From an uncultured Actinomycetota bacterium (lineage in GTDB: Bacteria > Actinomycetota > Actinomycetes > Propionibacteriales > Nocardioidaceae): a stretch of 64,000 bases of DNA. The notes under the pieces were generated by a model. That model did no database searches, was not told the DNA's origin, and saw nothing but the letters and a program-made list of their open reading frames with translations. The stretch is taken from contig CAVYLO010000001.1 of NCBI GenBank assembly GCA_963769445.1, forward strand, positions 47,545-111,544, given 5' to 3'. Numbering within the stretch: the first letter of the stretch is position 1; each line of letters opens with the position of its first letter. Below, in pieces: positions 1 to 11,830 of the stretch. The position numbers were made by a program, and so were the translations under genes.

Positions 1-579
1 CCCGTGGCCCCGATGGTCGAGCGACCGGGATCGTTCGTCAACTGGGAGGGCCGCGTGCGATCCTTCGCCGCCGTGCTGAATGAACCCAACTCGTTGACCG
101 ACATTCGTGTGCTGGCCGGCATCGCCGAGGAGCTCGGTCGCCCGCTGGGTTTCCGGACCGTCTCGGCGGCCCGCGCGGCGCTCGACGAGCTCGGTCCGTG
201 GGACGGCGAACGCGCCGCTGCCCCCCAGGTTGCGCTGGCTGACGACGTCGCGCCCAAGCGCCAGGTCGTGCTCGCCACCTGGCGCCAGCTGGTCGACGAC
301 GCCCGCGGACAGGACGGCCAGAAGGAGTACCACGCCACCGAACGTCCGGCGGTGCTGCTGGCCAGCGAGGCCACCCTCAAGGCCTTCGATGTCGAGCCCG
401 GCGAACCGGCCACCGTGTCCACCGAGACTGGTCGCGTCACCTGGCCCACGGCGGTCGCGGATCTGCCCGACGGTGTCGTCTGGGTGCCGGCCAACAACGG
501 CACCAGCGTCGCGTCGGCGCTCGGCGTGGTCCATGGCGGCCATGTCAGCCTCGCTGCGGCGAACGGGGATGCCTCGTGA
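1..579 (+). CDS. nuoG: NADH-quinone oxidoreductase subunit G, C-terminal part (5' truncated by window edge)
   Basis: [12 protein letters not shown] molybdopterin-oxidoreductase-like motif; stop overlaps the nuoH start (GTGA); position in the nuo operon. Confidence 0.93.
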   Translation, partial: PVAPMVERPGSFVNWEGRVRSFAAVLNEPNSLTDIRVLAGIAEELGRPLGFRTVSAARAALDELGPWDGERAAAPQVALADDVAPKRQVVLATWRQLVDDARGQDGQKEYHATERPAVLLASEATLKAFDVEPGEPATVSTETGRVTWPTAVADLPDGVVWVPANNGTSVASALGVVHGGHVSLAAANGDAS

Positions 580-1820
580 GTGACATCTTCGGCAACGAGC
601 CGGTCTGGGTCGTCATCCTCAAGGCGGTGCTGATCTTCGCCTTCCTGCTGGTCTACACGCTGTTCAACATCTGGTTCGAGCGTCGTGTCGTGGCCCGCAT
701 GCAGCATCGTGTGGGCCCGAACGTCAACGGTCCGTTCGGCCTGCTGCAGAGCCTCGCCGACGGCGTGAAGCTGGCGCTGAAGGAAGACATCATCGTCAAG
801 GCGGCCGACAAGGTCGTCTACATCCTGGCGCCGATTCTCGCCACGATCCCGGCATTCCTCGCCTGGGCGGTCATTCCGTTCGGCCCTGAGGCGCGCATCC
901 CCTTCACCGACACCGTCACGCCGCTGCAGCTCACCGACCTGCCGGTCGCGGTGCTCTACATCCTGGCCGTCACCTCGATCGGGGTCTACGGCATCGTGCT
1001 GGCCGGCTGGTCCTCCGGCTCGATCTACGCCCTGCTCGGCGGACTGCGCTCCAGTGCCCAGGTCATCTCCTACGAGGTGGCGATGGGTCTGTCGTTCGTG
1101 TCGGTGTTCATGTACGCCGGCTCGATGTCGACCTCGGAGATCGTCGCCGCGCAGACCGACCTCTGGTACTTCCTGCCGCTGTTCCCGTCGTTCGTCATCT
1201 ACGTCATCGCGATGGTCGGCGAGACCAACCGCGCCCCGTTCGACCTCCCCGAGGCCGAGGGCGAGCTGGTCGGCGGCTTCCACACCGAGTACTCCTCGCT
1301 GAAGTTCGCCCTGTTCTTCCTGGCCGAGTACGTCAACATGGTCACGGTCTCGGCTCTCGCCACGACCTTGTTCCTCGGCGGCTGGCGTGCACCCTTCGGC
1401 ATCGGCACCGTCTGGGCCGGCGCCAACGAGGGCTGGTGGCCCGTGCTGTGGTTCTTCCTCAAGACCTTGGGCTTCATCTTCTTCTTCGTCTGGCTGCGCG
1501 GCACCCTGCCGCGCATGCGCTACGACCAGTTCATGAACTTCGGCTGGAAGATCCTCATTCCGGTCTCGTTGGTCTGGATCATCGCGGTCGGCCTGATCCG
1601 CAAGCTCAAGAGCGAGGACATGCTGGGTCAGGACGCTCTGATGTGGTTCGCGATCGTCACCGGCGTGCTGATTCTCGCCACGTTCTTGATCCCCGAGAAG
1701 AAGCCCGAACCCGAGCCGGAGCCTGACGTCGTGGAGTTCGACGCCTTCGCCGGCGGCTACCCGGTCCCGCCCATGGGCGATCAGGTGCTGCCCGACACCA
1801 CCGACAGGAGCACGCCATGA
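576..1820 (+). CDS. nuoH: NADH-quinone oxidoreductase subunit H
   Basis: [51 protein letters not shown] and [10 protein letters not shown] motifs. Confidence 0.98.
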   Translation: MSDIFGNEPVWVVILKAVLIFAFLLVYTLFNIWFERRVVARMQHRVGPNVNGPFGLLQSLADGVKLALKEDIIVKAADKVVYILAPILATIPAFLAWAVIPFGPEARIPFTDTVTPLQLTDLPVAVLYILAVTSIGVYGIVLAGWSSGSIYALLGGLRSSAQVISYEVAMGLSFVSVFMYAGSMSTSEIVAAQTDLWYFLPLFPSFVIYVIAMVGETNRAPFDLPEAEGELVGGFHTEYSSLKFALFFLAEYVNMVTVSALATTLFLGGWRAPFGIGTVWAGANEGWWPVLWFFLKTLGFIFFFVWLRGTLPRMRYDQFMNFGWKILIPVSLVWIIAVGLIRKLKSEDMLGQDALMWFAIVTGVLILATFLIPEKKPEPEPEPDVVEFDAFAGGYPVPPMGDQVLPDTTDRSTP

Positions 1821-2371
1821 GCAATCCGATCAAGGAGACGTTGTGGGACCCGGTTGCCGGGTTCGGCGTCACGTTCCGCACCATGTTCCGCAAGACCGTC
1901 ACCGAGCAGTACCCGTTCGAGAAGGTGCCCACGGCACCGCGTTTCCACGGGCGGCACCAGCTGAACCGCTGGCCGGACGGGCTCGAGAAGTGCATCGGCT
2001 GCGAGCTCTGCGCCTGGGCCTGCCCGGCCGACGCCATCTACGTCGAGGGTGCGTCCAACACCGACGACCATCGGATGAGCCCCGGCGAGCGGTACGGCAG
2101 CGTCTATCAGATCAACTACCTGCGCTGCATCCTGTGTGGGCTGTGCATCGAGGCGTGCCCCACGCGGGCGCTGACCATGACGAACGAGTACGAGCTGGCC
2201 GACAACAACCGCGCTGATCTGATCTACGAGAAGTCCGATCTGCTGGCGCCGTTGCTGCCGGGCATGACCGAACCGCCGCACGACATGCTGATCAGTGACG
2301 ACCACCAGGACTACTACCGCGGCAAGCAGCTGCCGATCGTGCAGACCACGAGCGGAGAGCCGCCCGCATGA
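1817..2371 (+). CDS. nuoI: NADH-quinone oxidoreductase subunit I (2x[4Fe-4S])
   Basis: [12 protein letters not shown] and [12 protein letters not shown]; PRFHGRH. Confidence 0.98.
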   Translation: MSNPIKETLWDPVAGFGVTFRTMFRKTVTEQYPFEKVPTAPRFHGRHQLNRWPDGLEKCIGCELCAWACPADAIYVEGASNTDDHRMSPGERYGSVYQINYLRCILCGLCIEACPTRALTMTNEYELADNNRADLIYEKSDLLAPLLPGMTEPPHDMLISDDHQDYYRGKQLPIVQTTSGEPPA

Positions 2372-3150
2372 CCACGTTCTGGATCCTCGCCCCGCTGATG
2401 GTGATCTCGGCACTCGGCCTGTTGTTCGTGCGCAAGGCCGTGCACGCCGCCCTGTGCCTGGCGGTCGTGATGATCAGCCTCGCCATCTTGTACGCCGCCC
2501 TCGACGCCCCCTTCCTGTTCGCGGTGCAGATCATCGTCTACACCGGCGCGATCATGATGCTGTTCTTGTTCGTGCTGATGCTGGTCGGCGTCGACACCGC
2601 CGACGCGGTCAAGGAAACGATTGGCGGTCAACGGTGGATCGCCGTGCTGCTCGGTGGGCTGTTCGGCATCACCGTCGTGCTGGCGATCGGTCAGACCGTC
2701 TCTGGCGCCGTCATCGGCCTGAGTGCGGCCAATGGAAACGGCAACCCCTACGGCCTGGCTGAGCTGCTGTTCGGCAAGTACGTCCTCGCCTTCGAGTTCA
2801 CCAGCGCTCTGCTGATCACCGCGGCCATGGGTGCCATGGTGCTGGCCCACAAGGAACGGCTCACCGCCAGGCCCACGCAGGGCGGTCTGGCCCTGCAGCG
2901 CATGCGCGACTACGCCGAGACCGGCCGGCATCCGGGCAACCCGCCCACGCCCGGCGTCTTCGCCCGCCACAACGCGGTCGACACCCCGGCGCTCCTGCCC
3001 GACGGCACCGCCGTCGACGACTCGGTGTCACCCAGCATCGTGGCTCGTGGTCAAGTGCGGGACGGCTACGACGACGACATCGAGACCGTCCAGCGTCAGC
3101 TCGACGGCACCGACTCCGACCACAACGACTCGATGGGAGGGGACAAGTGA
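2368..3150 (+). CDS. nuoJ: NADH-quinone oxidoreductase subunit J
   Basis: [21 protein letters not shown] motif; operon order. Confidence 0.97.
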   Translation: MTTFWILAPLMVISALGLLFVRKAVHAALCLAVVMISLAILYAALDAPFLFAVQIIVYTGAIMMLFLFVLMLVGVDTADAVKETIGGQRWIAVLLGGLFGITVVLAIGQTVSGAVIGLSAANGNGNPYGLAELLFGKYVLAFEFTSALLITAAMGAMVLAHKERLTARPTQGGLALQRMRDYAETGRHPGNPPTPGVFARHNAVDTPALLPDGTAVDDSVSPSIVARGQVRDGYDDDIETVQRQLDGTDSDHNDSMGGDK

Positions 3151-3440
3151 ACGAGTACATCTCGCTGTCGCTCATCTTGTTCACCATCGGTGCGGTCGGC
3201 GTGCTCGTGCGCCGCAACGCGATCGTCGTGTTCATGTGCATCGAGCTGATGCTCAACGCCACGAACCTGGCCTTCGTCAGCTTCTCGCGCCAGACCGGCA
3301 ATCTCGACGGGCAGGTCGCGGCGTTCTTCGTCATGGTCGTCGCCGCCGCCGAGGTCGTGGTGGGTCTGGCCATCATCGTGTCCATCTACCGCACGCGACG
3401 ATCGATCTCGGTCGACGACGCGAATCTGCTGAAGGCGTAG
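3147..3440 (+). CDS. nuoK: NADH-quinone oxidoreductase subunit K
   Basis: [17 protein letters not shown] and [12 protein letters not shown]. Confidence 0.98.
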   Translation: MNEYISLSLILFTIGAVGVLVRRNAIVVFMCIELMLNATNLAFVSFSRQTGNLDGQVAAFFVMVVAAAEVVVGLAIIVSIYRTRRSISVDDANLLKA

Positions 3441-3450
3441 GGGCACCGAC

Positions 3451-5325
3451 ATGTTCGATCTCCAATGGCTGCTCATTGCCGTCCCGCTGGTCAGCGGCCT
3501 CGGTCTGCTGGTGTGGGGCAAGGAGTCTGATGCCTTCGGTCACCTCATTGCGACCTTGGCGTCCACCTTCTCCTTCGTCTTCGGCGCGATCTTGTTCCTC
3601 GATCTCGTGGGCAGCGACGCGGAGGATCGGTCGCACACCGCGAATCTGTTCACCTGGATCGACGCGGGCCGCTTCCACGTCGACATGTCCTTCACCTTCG
3701 ACCAGCTGTCGGGCCTCTTCGTCCTGCTCATCACGGGTGTCGGCACCCTGATCCACGTCTACTCGATCGGCTACATGGCGCACGACGAGCGCCGCCGCCG
3801 ATTCTTCGCGTATCTCAACATCTTCATCGCAGCCATGCTCACGCTCGTGCTGGCCGCCGACTACCTGGTGCTGTTCCTGGGCTGGGAGGGCGTCGGTCTG
3901 GCGTCGTACCTGCTGATCGGGTTCTGGCAGCACAAGCCGTCAGCCGCGGCAGCCGCCAAGAAGGCCTTCGTCGTCAACCGGGTCGGTGACATCGGCATGG
4001 CACTGGCGATCATGTTGATGTTCGCCCAGTTCGGCACGTCGGCGATCGACTCGGTCAACGCGTCCGTCACCAGTGCCAGCGGATCAGTCGCCACGGCGCT
4101 CGGGCTGCTGCTGCTGCTGGGCGCGTGCGGCAAGTCAGCACAGGTGCCGTTGCAGAGCTGGTTGCTCGACGCCATGGAGGGTCCCACTCCCGTCTCCGCG
4201 CTGATCCACGCAGCCACCATGGTCACGGCAGGCGTCTACCTCGTCGTGCGCTCCTCTGGCATCTACGACGCCAGCGAGGCCGCCCGCACCGCCGTCATCA
4301 TCGTCGGCCTGGTGACGCTGCTCGTCGGAGCGTGGATCGGTTGCGCCAAGGACGACATCAAGAAGGCCTTGGCGGGCTCGACCATGAGCCAGATCGGCTA
4401 CATGATGCTGGCGGCCGGTCTGGGACCGGCGGGCTACGCCTTCGCGGTCTTCCACCTGATCACGCACGGCTTCTTCAAGGCCAACATGTTCCTGGGTGCC
4501 GGCTCGGTCATGCACGGCATGGACGACGACGTCGACATGCGGCACTACGGCGCCTTGCGCAAGGCCATGCCGGTCACGTTCGTGACCTTCGGCCTCGGCT
4601 ATCTGGCCATCATCGGCTTCCCCGGCACCGCTGGATTCTTCTCCAAGGACCTCATCATCGAGGCCGCCTTCGCCGAGTCGTTCTGGGTCGGGCTCGGTGC
4701 GCTGATCGGCGCCGGTGTCACGGCGTTCTACATGACGCGGTTGATGATGATGACCTTCTTCGGGCCCAAGCGGTGGCTCGACGACGTGGAACCGCATGAG
4801 TCGCCCAAGGTCATGACGATCCCGCTGATGGCGCTCGGCGCCCTGTCGGTGCTCGGCGGCGCGCTGATCATCAGCGACTTCATCCCTGAGTGGCTCGAGC
4901 CGGTGGTGGGGGCCGAGGAGCATCACGAGCTCGGCATCCCGGTCTGGCTCATGACGGTCATCATCACCTTGGTCGCCGCTTCCGGTGTCGCGCTCGGCGT
5001 GTGGCTGTACCGCCGCGAGATCGCGGTCGACGCACCTGCGGACTCCGAGGTCTCGTTCTTCACGCGCGCGGGTCGCCACGAGGTCTACGGCAACCAGATC
5101 AACGACGCGATCGCGGTGCTGCCCACGCGGCACCTCACGCGGTTCCTGGTCTGGCTCGATGGCAAGGGCATCGACGGCTTCGTCACCGGAGTCGCCGACC
5201 GGCTCGGTGACACCTCGCAATTCCTGCGCAAGCCGCAGACCGGCTATGTCCGGTCGTATGCGGCCACACTCTTCGGCGGCGCCCTGCTCGTCGTCCTGGT
5301 ACTCCTGGCGGTGACCCTCGCATGA
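3451..5325 (+). CDS. nuoL: NADH-quinone oxidoreductase subunit L
   Basis: [32 protein letters not shown] and [12 protein letters not shown]. Confidence 0.98.
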   Translation: MFDLQWLLIAVPLVSGLGLLVWGKESDAFGHLIATLASTFSFVFGAILFLDLVGSDAEDRSHTANLFTWIDAGRFHVDMSFTFDQLSGLFVLLITGVGTLIHVYSIGYMAHDERRRRFFAYLNIFIAAMLTLVLAADYLVLFLGWEGVGLASYLLIGFWQHKPSAAAAAKKAFVVNRVGDIGMALAIMLMFAQFGTSAIDSVNASVTSASGSVATALGLLLLLGACGKSAQVPLQSWLLDAMEGPTPVSALIHAATMVTAGVYLVVRSSGIYDASEAARTAVIIVGLVTLLVGAWIGCAKDDIKKALAGSTMSQIGYMMLAAGLGPAGYAFAVFHLITHGFFKANMFLGAGSVMHGMDDDVDMRHYGALRKAMPVTFVTFGLGYLAIIGFPGTAGFFSKDLIIEAAFAESFWVGLGALIGAGVTAFYMTRLMMMTFFGPKRWLDDVEPHESPKVMTIPLMALGALSVLGGALIISDFIPEWLEPVVGAEEHHELGIPVWLMTVIITLVAASGVALGVWLYRREIAVDAPADSEVSFFTRAGRHEVYGNQINDAIAVLPTRHLTRFLVWLDGKGIDGFVTGVADRLGDTSQFLRKPQTGYVRSYAATLFGGALLVVLVLLAVTLA

Positions 5326-6869
5326 TCCTCACGATCCTCGCCGCAACTCCCTTGGTGGGTGCTGTGCTGGTCGCTGCGCTCGGCAGCGGTCCCGCCCCCT
5401 ACCTGCGGCCCAAGGTGGTCGCGCTGGGCGTCTCGATCATCACTCTCGCTCTGTCGTTGGTGATGCTGGCGCAGTTCGACCTCACCGGGCCCGGCGGCTA
5501 CCAGCTGACCATCGACCACGAGTGGATCTCGGCGTTCGGCGCCCACTACGCGCTCGGCGTCAACGGCATCGGGGTCACGCTGATCCTGCTCACCACGATT
5601 CTCACCCCGCTGGTCGTGCTGGCCGCGTGGGGCGACCGTCTGCCCGACCCCAGTCGCACCTCGTCGTACCTGGCGTGGATGCTGGCCGTCGAGGGCCTCG
5701 CGATCGGGGCCTTCGCCTCGATGGATGCGTTTCTCTTCTACGTCATGTTCGAGGCCACCCTGATCCCGCTGTACTTCCTGATCGGCTCCTTCGGTGGGTC
5801 CAATCGGTCGTACGCCGCGGTCAAGTTCCTGATCTACAACCTGGTCGGCGGGCTGTTGATGCTGGCGGCCATCGTCGGCTTGCACGTCGTCAGCGCACAG
5901 GCCGGCGAGGCCTCGTACCTGCTGCCTGACCTGCAGGCGCTCGACATGAGCACCACGACCGAGCGCCTGCTGTTCTGTGGCTTCATGGCGGCCTTCGCGA
6001 TCAAGGCGCCGTTGTGGCCCTTGCACACGTGGCTGCCCGATGCCGCCGCTCAGGCCACGCCCAGCACCTCGGTGCTGATGGTCAGCGTCGTCGACAAGAT
6101 CGGCACGTTCGGCATGCTCATCTGGTGCCTCGGCGTGTTCCCCAACGCCGCGGACTGGGCGTCGCCGGTCATCATCACGTTGGCCGTCGTCAGCATCGTC
6201 TACGGCGCGCTGCTGGCCATCGGACAGGACGACATCCGCCGGCTCGTCGCGTTCACGTCGGTGTCGCACTTCGGCTTCATCGTGCTGGGCATCTTCGCCT
6301 TCACCACGACCTCGATGGCCGGCTCGACGCTCTACATGTTCAACCACGGGCTCTCGACAGCCGCGCTGTTCCTCGTGACGGGCGTCATGATCGCCCGCCG
6401 CGGATCGGCCAGCATCGGCGACTTCGGTGGCGTGCAGAAGATCGCACCGATCATGTCCGGTGTGCTGCTGGTCGCGGGCCTGTCCAGCCTGTCGCTGCCG
6501 GGCCTGGCTCCGTTCGTGTCGGAGTTCATGGTTCTGGCGGGAACCTTCACCCGCTCGATCCCGGCGGCCACGATCGCCACGTCAGGCATCGTGCTGGCCG
6601 CGCTGTACATCCTGATCATGTACCAGCGCACCATGACCGGACCGCAGCAGCCGGGCACCGAGGGCGTCACTGATCTGACGACTCGCGAGATCACGGCCTT
6701 GGCGCCCGCGCTGGTGCTGATCGTCGGGCTGGGCTTCTTCCCGCAGCCGCTGCTCAACGTGATCAATCCGGCCATCGACACCGTCGCGACCCGCGTCGGC
6801 GTGGGTGACCCGGCGCCGAGGACACCCACCACGATCGATGTCACTGTTCCCGCGGAAGGAGGCCACTGA
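5322..6869 (+). CDS. nuoM: NADH-quinone oxidoreductase subunit M
   Basis: [17 protein letters not shown] and [11 protein letters not shown]. Confidence 0.97.
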   Translation: MILTILAATPLVGAVLVAALGSGPAPYLRPKVVALGVSIITLALSLVMLAQFDLTGPGGYQLTIDHEWISAFGAHYALGVNGIGVTLILLTTILTPLVVLAAWGDRLPDPSRTSSYLAWMLAVEGLAIGAFASMDAFLFYVMFEATLIPLYFLIGSFGGSNRSYAAVKFLIYNLVGGLLMLAAIVGLHVVSAQAGEASYLLPDLQALDMSTTTERLLFCGFMAAFAIKAPLWPLHTWLPDAAAQATPSTSVLMVSVVDKIGTFGMLIWCLGVFPNAADWASPVIITLAVVSIVYGALLAIGQDDIRRLVAFTSVSHFGFIVLGIFAFTTTSMAGSTLYMFNHGLSTAALFLVTGVMIARRGSASIGDFGGVQKIAPIMSGVLLVAGLSSLSLPGLAPFVSEFMVLAGTFTRSIPAATIATSGIVLAALYILIMYQRTMTGPQQPGTEGVTDLTTREITALAPALVLIVGLGFFPQPLLNVINPAIDTVATRVGVGDPAPRTPTTIDVTVPAEGGH

Positions 6870-8491
6870 TGAGCTTCGCGCATCTGGCCGTCATCGACCG
6901 CCCGCCGATCGCCGCACCGGACATCCAGTACGCGTTGCTGATGCCCGTGTTCATCGTGGTCGGTGCCGCCATCGTGGGGGTGCTGGTCGAGTCGTTCCTG
7001 CCCCGCCGGCACCGGTTCTCGATCCAGGTGGGTGTCGCCGTGGTGGGCATCATCGCTGCCTTCGTCGACACCGTCGTGGTGTACACCGACCTCACGCTGG
7101 TCGACGCCGCCCGCGTGGGGCGAGGCCAGGTCGCTGCCGAGGGCGCACTGTCGATCGACGGGCCCGGCGTGTTCACGTGGGGCATCCTGCTGATCTTCGC
7201 TCTGCTCAGCACGCTGCTGTTCGCCGAGCGTCGTCTCGACGGCGGTCTCAGCAGCTTCACGGGCCGCGCCGCTGACGCCCCCGGATCGGCCGCCGAGGCC
7301 GAGGCCGTCAAGGCGCGCATCGAGCACTCCGAGGTCTTCCCGCTGGCTCTGTTCGCCCTGTCGGGCATGATGCTGTTCGCCTCGTCGAACGATCTGCTCA
7401 CCATGTTCGTCGCGCTCGAGGTGCTGAGCCTGCCGTTGTACCTGCTGTGCGGTTTGGCCCGTCGTCGTCGCCTGCTGAGTCAGGAGGCGGCGCTCAAGTA
7501 CTTCCTGCTCGGCGCGTTCAGCTCCGTGTTCTTCCTCTACGGCATTGCCCTGGTCTACGGCTACTCCGGCAGCTTCCGGCTGTCCGAGATCGCCACGGCG
7601 GTGTCGGCTCGATCCGGCTCGGAGAACCTGTTGTTGGCGGGCATGGCGCTCATCGCTGTCGGCCTGCTGTTCAAGATCGGCGCTGCACCGTTCCACAACT
7701 GGACACCCGACGTCTACCAAGGCGCTCCCACACCCGTCACCGCGTTCATGGCCGCTGGAACCAAGGCGGCAGCGTTCCTGGCGCTGATGCGGGTGTTCTT
7801 CGTGGCCTTCGGCGGCTCGTCGTGGGACTGGCGCCCGATGATCGTGATCATCGCGGTCATCACGATGTTCCTCGGCGCGATCGTGTCGATCTCGCAGACT
7901 GACGTCAAGCGCATGCTGGCCTACTCCTCGGTCGCCCACGCCGGCTTCCTGCTGGTGGGCTTCGTCGGCGTCTACCAGGGCCCGGCGGGCGGCGATCGCA
8001 TCACGTCGGTCTCGAGCGTGTTGTTCTACCTCACGGTCTACGGCATCTCCTCGATCGGTGCGTTTGCCGTGGTCACGCTGGTGCGTGACGGCGGTGGCGA
8101 GACCACGCACTTGTCGAAGTGGGCTGGGCTGGGCAAGGTGTCGCCGTTGCTGGCAGGCAGCTTCGCGTTGTTCATGCTCTCCTTCGCCGGTATCCCGTTG
8201 ACGGGCGGATTCATCGGCAAGTGGGCGGTGTTCAGCGCCGCATGGTCGGGCGGATACTGGCCGCTGGTCGTGGCCGGTGTCCTGATCAGTGCGATCGCCG
8301 CGTACTTCTACGTGCGGGTCATCGTGCTGATGTTCTTCACCGATCCGGTGGGCGAAGGCCCGAGCGTGGCCGTGACCGGCAGGTTGACTACCGTGGTCAT
8401 TGCTACTGCCGCCTTGGCGACTGTCGTGCTGGGCGTCGTGCCCGGTCCCGTACTCGACCTGGCGCAGCACGCTGGCGCATTCGTGCGCTGA
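6869..8491 (+). CDS. nuoN: NADH-quinone oxidoreductase subunit N
   Basis: EAALKYFLLGAFSS, FKIGAAPFHNWTPDVYQGAP and KRMLAYSSVAHAG. Confidence 0.98.
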   Translation: MSFAHLAVIDRPPIAAPDIQYALLMPVFIVVGAAIVGVLVESFLPRRHRFSIQVGVAVVGIIAAFVDTVVVYTDLTLVDAARVGRGQVAAEGALSIDGPGVFTWGILLIFALLSTLLFAERRLDGGLSSFTGRAADAPGSAAEAEAVKARIEHSEVFPLALFALSGMMLFASSNDLLTMFVALEVLSLPLYLLCGLARRRRLLSQEAALKYFLLGAFSSVFFLYGIALVYGYSGSFRLSEIATAVSARSGSENLLLAGMALIAVGLLFKIGAAPFHNWTPDVYQGAPTPVTAFMAAGTKAAAFLALMRVFFVAFGGSSWDWRPMIVIIAVITMFLGAIVSISQTDVKRMLAYSSVAHAGFLLVGFVGVYQGPAGGDRITSVSSVLFYLTVYGISSIGAFAVVTLVRDGGGETTHLSKWAGLGKVSPLLAGSFALFMLSFAGIPLTGGFIGKWAVFSAAWSGGYWPLVVAGVLISAIAAYFYVRVIVLMFFTDPVGEGPSVAVTGRLTTVVIATAALATVVLGVVPGPVLDLAQHAGAFVR

Positions 8492-8524
8492 CGGCCCAGT
8501 CACTGCGGCGAGGAGGAGGAGCAC

Positions 8525-9514
8525 GTGTCTGGTCTGGGAGTTCTTTTCGAGGACCCGGCTCTCGAGGCACGCGTCAACGCGGGCGTCGAGAAGGTCGAGG
8601 CCCGACTTCTGGAGGCCACCCGTGCGCCTGAACCATTCATCGCCGAGGCTGCAGCTCACCTGCTGAATGCGGGCGGCAAGCGGTTCCGACCCCTGATCGC
8701 GATGCTGGGGGCCGAGTTCGGCGATCCGTCCCGCGACGACGTCGTGCCCGCCGCGGTGGTCGTCGAGCTGACCCACCTGGCCACGCTGTACCACGACGAC
8801 GTCATGGACGAAGCGGACAAGCGTCGCGGCGCACCCAGCGCCAACGCGCGGTGGGACAACTCGCTGGCCATTCTGGTCGGCGACTTCCTGTTCGCCCAGG
8901 TCTCCGAGCTGGTCTCGCACCTGGGCCCGGAGATGGTGCGCATCCAGGCGCAGACCTTTTCGCGGCTGGTGCGCGGCCAGATCCGCGAGACCCTGGGACC
9001 CCAGGAGGGTGACACGGAACTCGGCCACTACCTCGGTGTCGTGGCGGACAAGACCGGGTCGCTGATCGCTGCGTCGGCTCGGTTCGGCGCCAAGATGTCC
9101 GGGGCTCCCGCCGATGTCGAGACGGCCCTCACGGAGTTCGGCGAGCGCATCGGCTCTGCCTTCCAGCTGGCTGACGACATCATCGACATCGCCAGCGAGA
9201 CCGGCGAGTCCGGCAAGACCCCCGGCACCGACCTGCGCGAGGGAGTGCCCACCCTGCCGACGCTGCTGGCTCAGAAGTCGACGGATGCAGCAGATGCGAG
9301 GCTGCTGGACCTGCTCGCGCGGCCCTTGACCGACGACGATGAGCTGGCTGAGGCGTTGGCACTGCTGCGTGTGCACCCGGCCATGGACGAGGCTCGCGCC
9401 ATCGTGCAGGCCGAGGCAGACGCCGCGCGCACATTGCTGGCGCAGCTGCCCGACAACCCGGCCCGCCGCGCCCTCCACGACGTCTGCGACGTCGTGGTCA
9501 CCCGCCTGGGCTGA
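8525..9514 (+). CDS. Polyprenyl (heptaprenyl-type) diphosphate synthase
   Basis: GGKRFRP, two DDxxD motifs (HDDVMD, ADDIID), GKTPGTDLREG; strong RBS GAGGAGGAG; usual position after nuoN. Confidence 0.93.
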   Translation: MSGLGVLFEDPALEARVNAGVEKVEARLLEATRAPEPFIAEAAAHLLNAGGKRFRPLIAMLGAEFGDPSRDDVVPAAVVVELTHLATLYHDDVMDEADKRRGAPSANARWDNSLAILVGDFLFAQVSELVSHLGPEMVRIQAQTFSRLVRGQIRETLGPQEGDTELGHYLGVVADKTGSLIAASARFGAKMSGAPADVETALTEFGERIGSAFQLADDIIDIASETGESGKTPGTDLREGVPTLPTLLAQKSTDAADARLLDLLARPLTDDDELAEALALLRVHPAMDEARAIVQAEADAARTLLAQLPDNPARRALHDVCDVVVTRLG

Positions 9515-9521
9515 GGAGCGT

Positions 9522-10457
9522 CTAGCAGGCGGGTGCTGTCTCGCCGGCTCGGCGCAGGGCGCGGCGGCGGTTCATGAGGCCGTCGGTGGTGAAGATGACC
9601 AGCGCGGCCCAGACCAGCAGGAAGCCGACCCAGCGGGCCGGGGTCATGGCCTCGCCGAAGATCGTCAGGCCCAGCACGAACTGGATGAACGGGCCGAGGT
9701 ACTGCAGCAGCCCGATCGTGGTCAGCGACAGTCGCGTGGCAGCACCGTTGAACAGCAGCAACGGGATTGCGGTCACCACCCCGGTGCCCATCAGCAGCAT
9801 CACGTTGGCTGTCCCTGCGTTCCCGAAGGTCAGGTGGCCCGTGAAGGCCAGGACCGAGAGGTAGCCAATGGCCACCGGTGTCAGGATGAGGGTCTCCATG
9901 CCGAGCCCCTCGAACGAGGGCAGATCTGCCTTCTTCTTGAGGAATCCGTAGGTGGCGAAGGAGAAGGCGACCAGCAGCGCGATCCACGGCGGACGACCGT
10001 AGTCGACCGCCAGAACCAGCACCGCGAGGGCGCCGACGCCTACTGCGGCCCATTGGATCGGGCGCAGCGTCTCCTTGAGCACGAACACCCCGAGCAGCAC
10101 GGTGACGAGCGGGTTGATGAAGTAGCCGAGCGACGTCTCGACCACGTGACCGCTCGTGACCCCGTAGATGAAGCCACCCCAGTTGAACGCGATCGTGACG
10201 GCCGCGAACGTCAGCAGCAGCATCAGGCGCCGATCCCGCGCGATCGCGATGAACGGCCTCCAGCGCTTCATGACGGTGATGGCGAGCAGCACGAACACCA
10301 TCGACCAGATGAACCGGTGAGCCAGCACCTCGAGCGCCGAAGCCGGGTCGAGCAGGGGCCAGTACAGCGGGAAGAAGCCCCAGCACAGGTACGCGCCGAC
10401 GCCGAACAGGACGCCGTTCTGCGACGAGGTGCGCACGGGCTTTTCGGTGGTCACCAC
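9522..10457 (-). CDS. rarD: EamA/DMT-family transporter RarD (start may be the GTG at 10454, leaderless)
   Basis: AYLCWGFFPLYW, EVLAHR, ETSLGYFINPL and GLLQYLGP. Confidence 0.93.
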   Translation of the reverse strand: MVTTEKPVRTSSQNGVLFGVGAYLCWGFFPLYWPLLDPASALEVLAHRFIWSMVFVLLAITVMKRWRPFIAIARDRRLMLLLTFAAVTIAFNWGGFIYGVTSGHVVETSLGYFINPLVTVLLGVFVLKETLRPIQWAAVGVGALAVLVLAVDYGRPPWIALLVAFSFATYGFLKKKADLPSFEGLGMETLILTPVAIGYLSVLAFTGHLTFGNAGTANVMLLMGTGVVTAIPLLLFNGAATRLSLTTIGLLQYLGPFIQFVLGLTIFGEAMTPARWVGFLLVWAALVIFTTDGLMNRRRALRRAGETAPAC

Positions 10458-10502
10458 GTGATGCTAGTCCTCCGTTCAACCATGGGTGACAGCATGGTCG
10501 GC

Positions 10503-11090
10503 ATGGGCACCTCGACTCCGCGCTGGTTCAGCGACACCAAGGACGGTCACTCCGAGTGGTACGTCGAGCGATTCCGGAAGATGGCCGCCGATGGCGACGA
10601 TCTGGCCGGCGAGGCACGGCTGATGGACGCCATCGTCGAGCCGGGTTCTCGCATCCTCGACGCTGGCTGCGGCCCGGGCCGGATCGGCGCAGCGCTGCAC
10701 GACCGTGGACACGTCGTGGTCGGCGCCGACGTCGATCCTGTGCTGATCGAAGCGGCCCGCACCGACCACCCGGGACCGCGGTGGGAGGTCGCCGATCTGA
10801 GCACGCTGGACCTCGATGAGGAGCCGTTCGACGCCGTCGTCATGGGCGGCAACGTGATGGTGTTCCTCGCACCCGGCAGCGAGGTCCAGGTGCTGCGTCG
10901 CGTCGCCGCTCACGTGCGACCCGGAGGCCGCATCGTGACCGGTTTCCACACCGACCGCGAATACGCCGTGGAGCAGTTCGACCGCGACATCGTGTCGGCC
11001 GGTCTCACCCTCCAGCAACGGTTCGCGACGTGGGACCTGGTCCCCTGGAACGACGACGCGAACTTCGCCGTGACCTTCCTGACCGTCTGA
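10503..11090 (+). CDS. Class I SAM-dependent methyltransferase
   Basis: ILDAGCGPGR motif I in the 3' part of ORF 9339..11090; start placed at ATG 10503 (alternatives 10482, 10494). Confidence 0.88.
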   Translation: MGTSTPRWFSDTKDGHSEWYVERFRKMAADGDDLAGEARLMDAIVEPGSRILDAGCGPGRIGAALHDRGHVVVGADVDPVLIEAARTDHPGPRWEVADLSTLDLDEEPFDAVVMGGNVMVFLAPGSEVQVLRRVAAHVRPGGRIVTGFHTDREYAVEQFDRDIVSAGLTLQQRFATWDLVPWNDDANFAVTFLTV

Positions 11091-11109
11091 GCCCCACCGC
11101 GGGGACCCC

Positions 11110-11601
11110 TCAGCGGTAGTTGACGAACTGGACCGCGAAGTCGAGGTCGGTGCCCTTGACCAGGGCGATGATCTCCTGCAGATCGTCGCGCTTCTTGCTC
11201 GACACCCGCAGCTCGTCGCCCTGGATCTGCACCTTGACGCCCTTGGGACCCTCGTCGCGGATCAGCTTGGAGACCTTCTTGGCCTGCTCCTGATCGATGC
11301 CCTCGTTGATGCTGGAGGTCAGCTTGACGTCCTTGCCACTCTGGCGGGGCTCGCCCTCCTCGAGCGACTTCAGCGAGATGCCGCGCTTGATCAGCTTGTC
11401 CTTGAAGACGTCGAGGATGGCCAGCGCTCGCTCGTCGGCGTTCGCGGTGATCTCGACGTTCGTCTCACCGCTCCAGCGGATGTCGGCGCCGGTGTTCTTG
11501 AAGTCGTACCGGGTCGCGATTTCCTTGGCGGCCTGGTTCAGCGCGTTGTCGACTTCCTGTCGATCGATCTTGTTGACGATGTCGAACGATGAGTCGGCCA
11601 T
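11110..11601 (-). CDS. yajQ: YajQ-family nucleotide/c-di-GMP-binding protein
   Basis: [25 protein letters not shown]; [18 protein letters not shown]; QFVNYR. Confidence 0.96.
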   Translation of the reverse strand: MADSSFDIVNKIDRQEVDNALNQAAKEIATRYDFKNTGADIRWSGETNVEITANADERALAILDVFKDKLIKRGISLKSLEEGEPRQSGKDVKLTSSINEGIDQEQAKKVSKLIRDEGPKGVKVQIQGDELRVSSKKRDDLQEIIALVKGTDLDFAVQFVNYR

Positions 11602-11698
11602 GAGATCTCCTGTGGTGCGGGACTGATTTCTCTCACCTTACGAGGCTGCGCTAGGCTGGCTCGTCGTTGCCTCCCAATGTGAGATGGGGCAACATCCC

Positions 11699-11780
11699 GG
11701 CAGGTTGCCCGAGCGGCCAAAGGGAGCTGACTGTAAATCAGCCGGTTATGCCTACGCAGGTTCGAATCCTGCACCTGCCA
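11699..11780 (+). tRNA. tRNA-Tyr(GTA)
   Basis: Acceptor GGCAGGT/ACCTGCC, anticodon arm GCTGA-CTGTAAA-TCAGC, long variable arm, TTCGAAT T-loop; CCA not encoded. Confidence 0.97.
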
Positions 11781-11790
11781 CAGGGATTGA

Positions 11791-11826
11791 GAGCGACCCC
11801 CGACCCCACCAGGTCGGGGGTCGTTC
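11791..11826. terminator. GC-rich hairpin between tRNA-Tyr and the convergent lipoprotein gene
   Basis: GAGCGACCCCCGACC-6 nt-GGTCGGGGGTCGTTC inverted repeat. Confidence 0.7.
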
Positions 11827-11830
11827 CGTG

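Noticed and set aside
6332-9478. 1048-aa minus-strand ORF over nuoMN and the prenyl synthase
   Set aside because: Antisense shadow of high-GC coding sequence; no recognisable motifs; the + strand genes are unambiguous
9339-10502. Long N-terminal extension of the methyltransferase ORF
   Set aside because: It is the antisense read of rarD; the methyltransferase domain begins at about 10503
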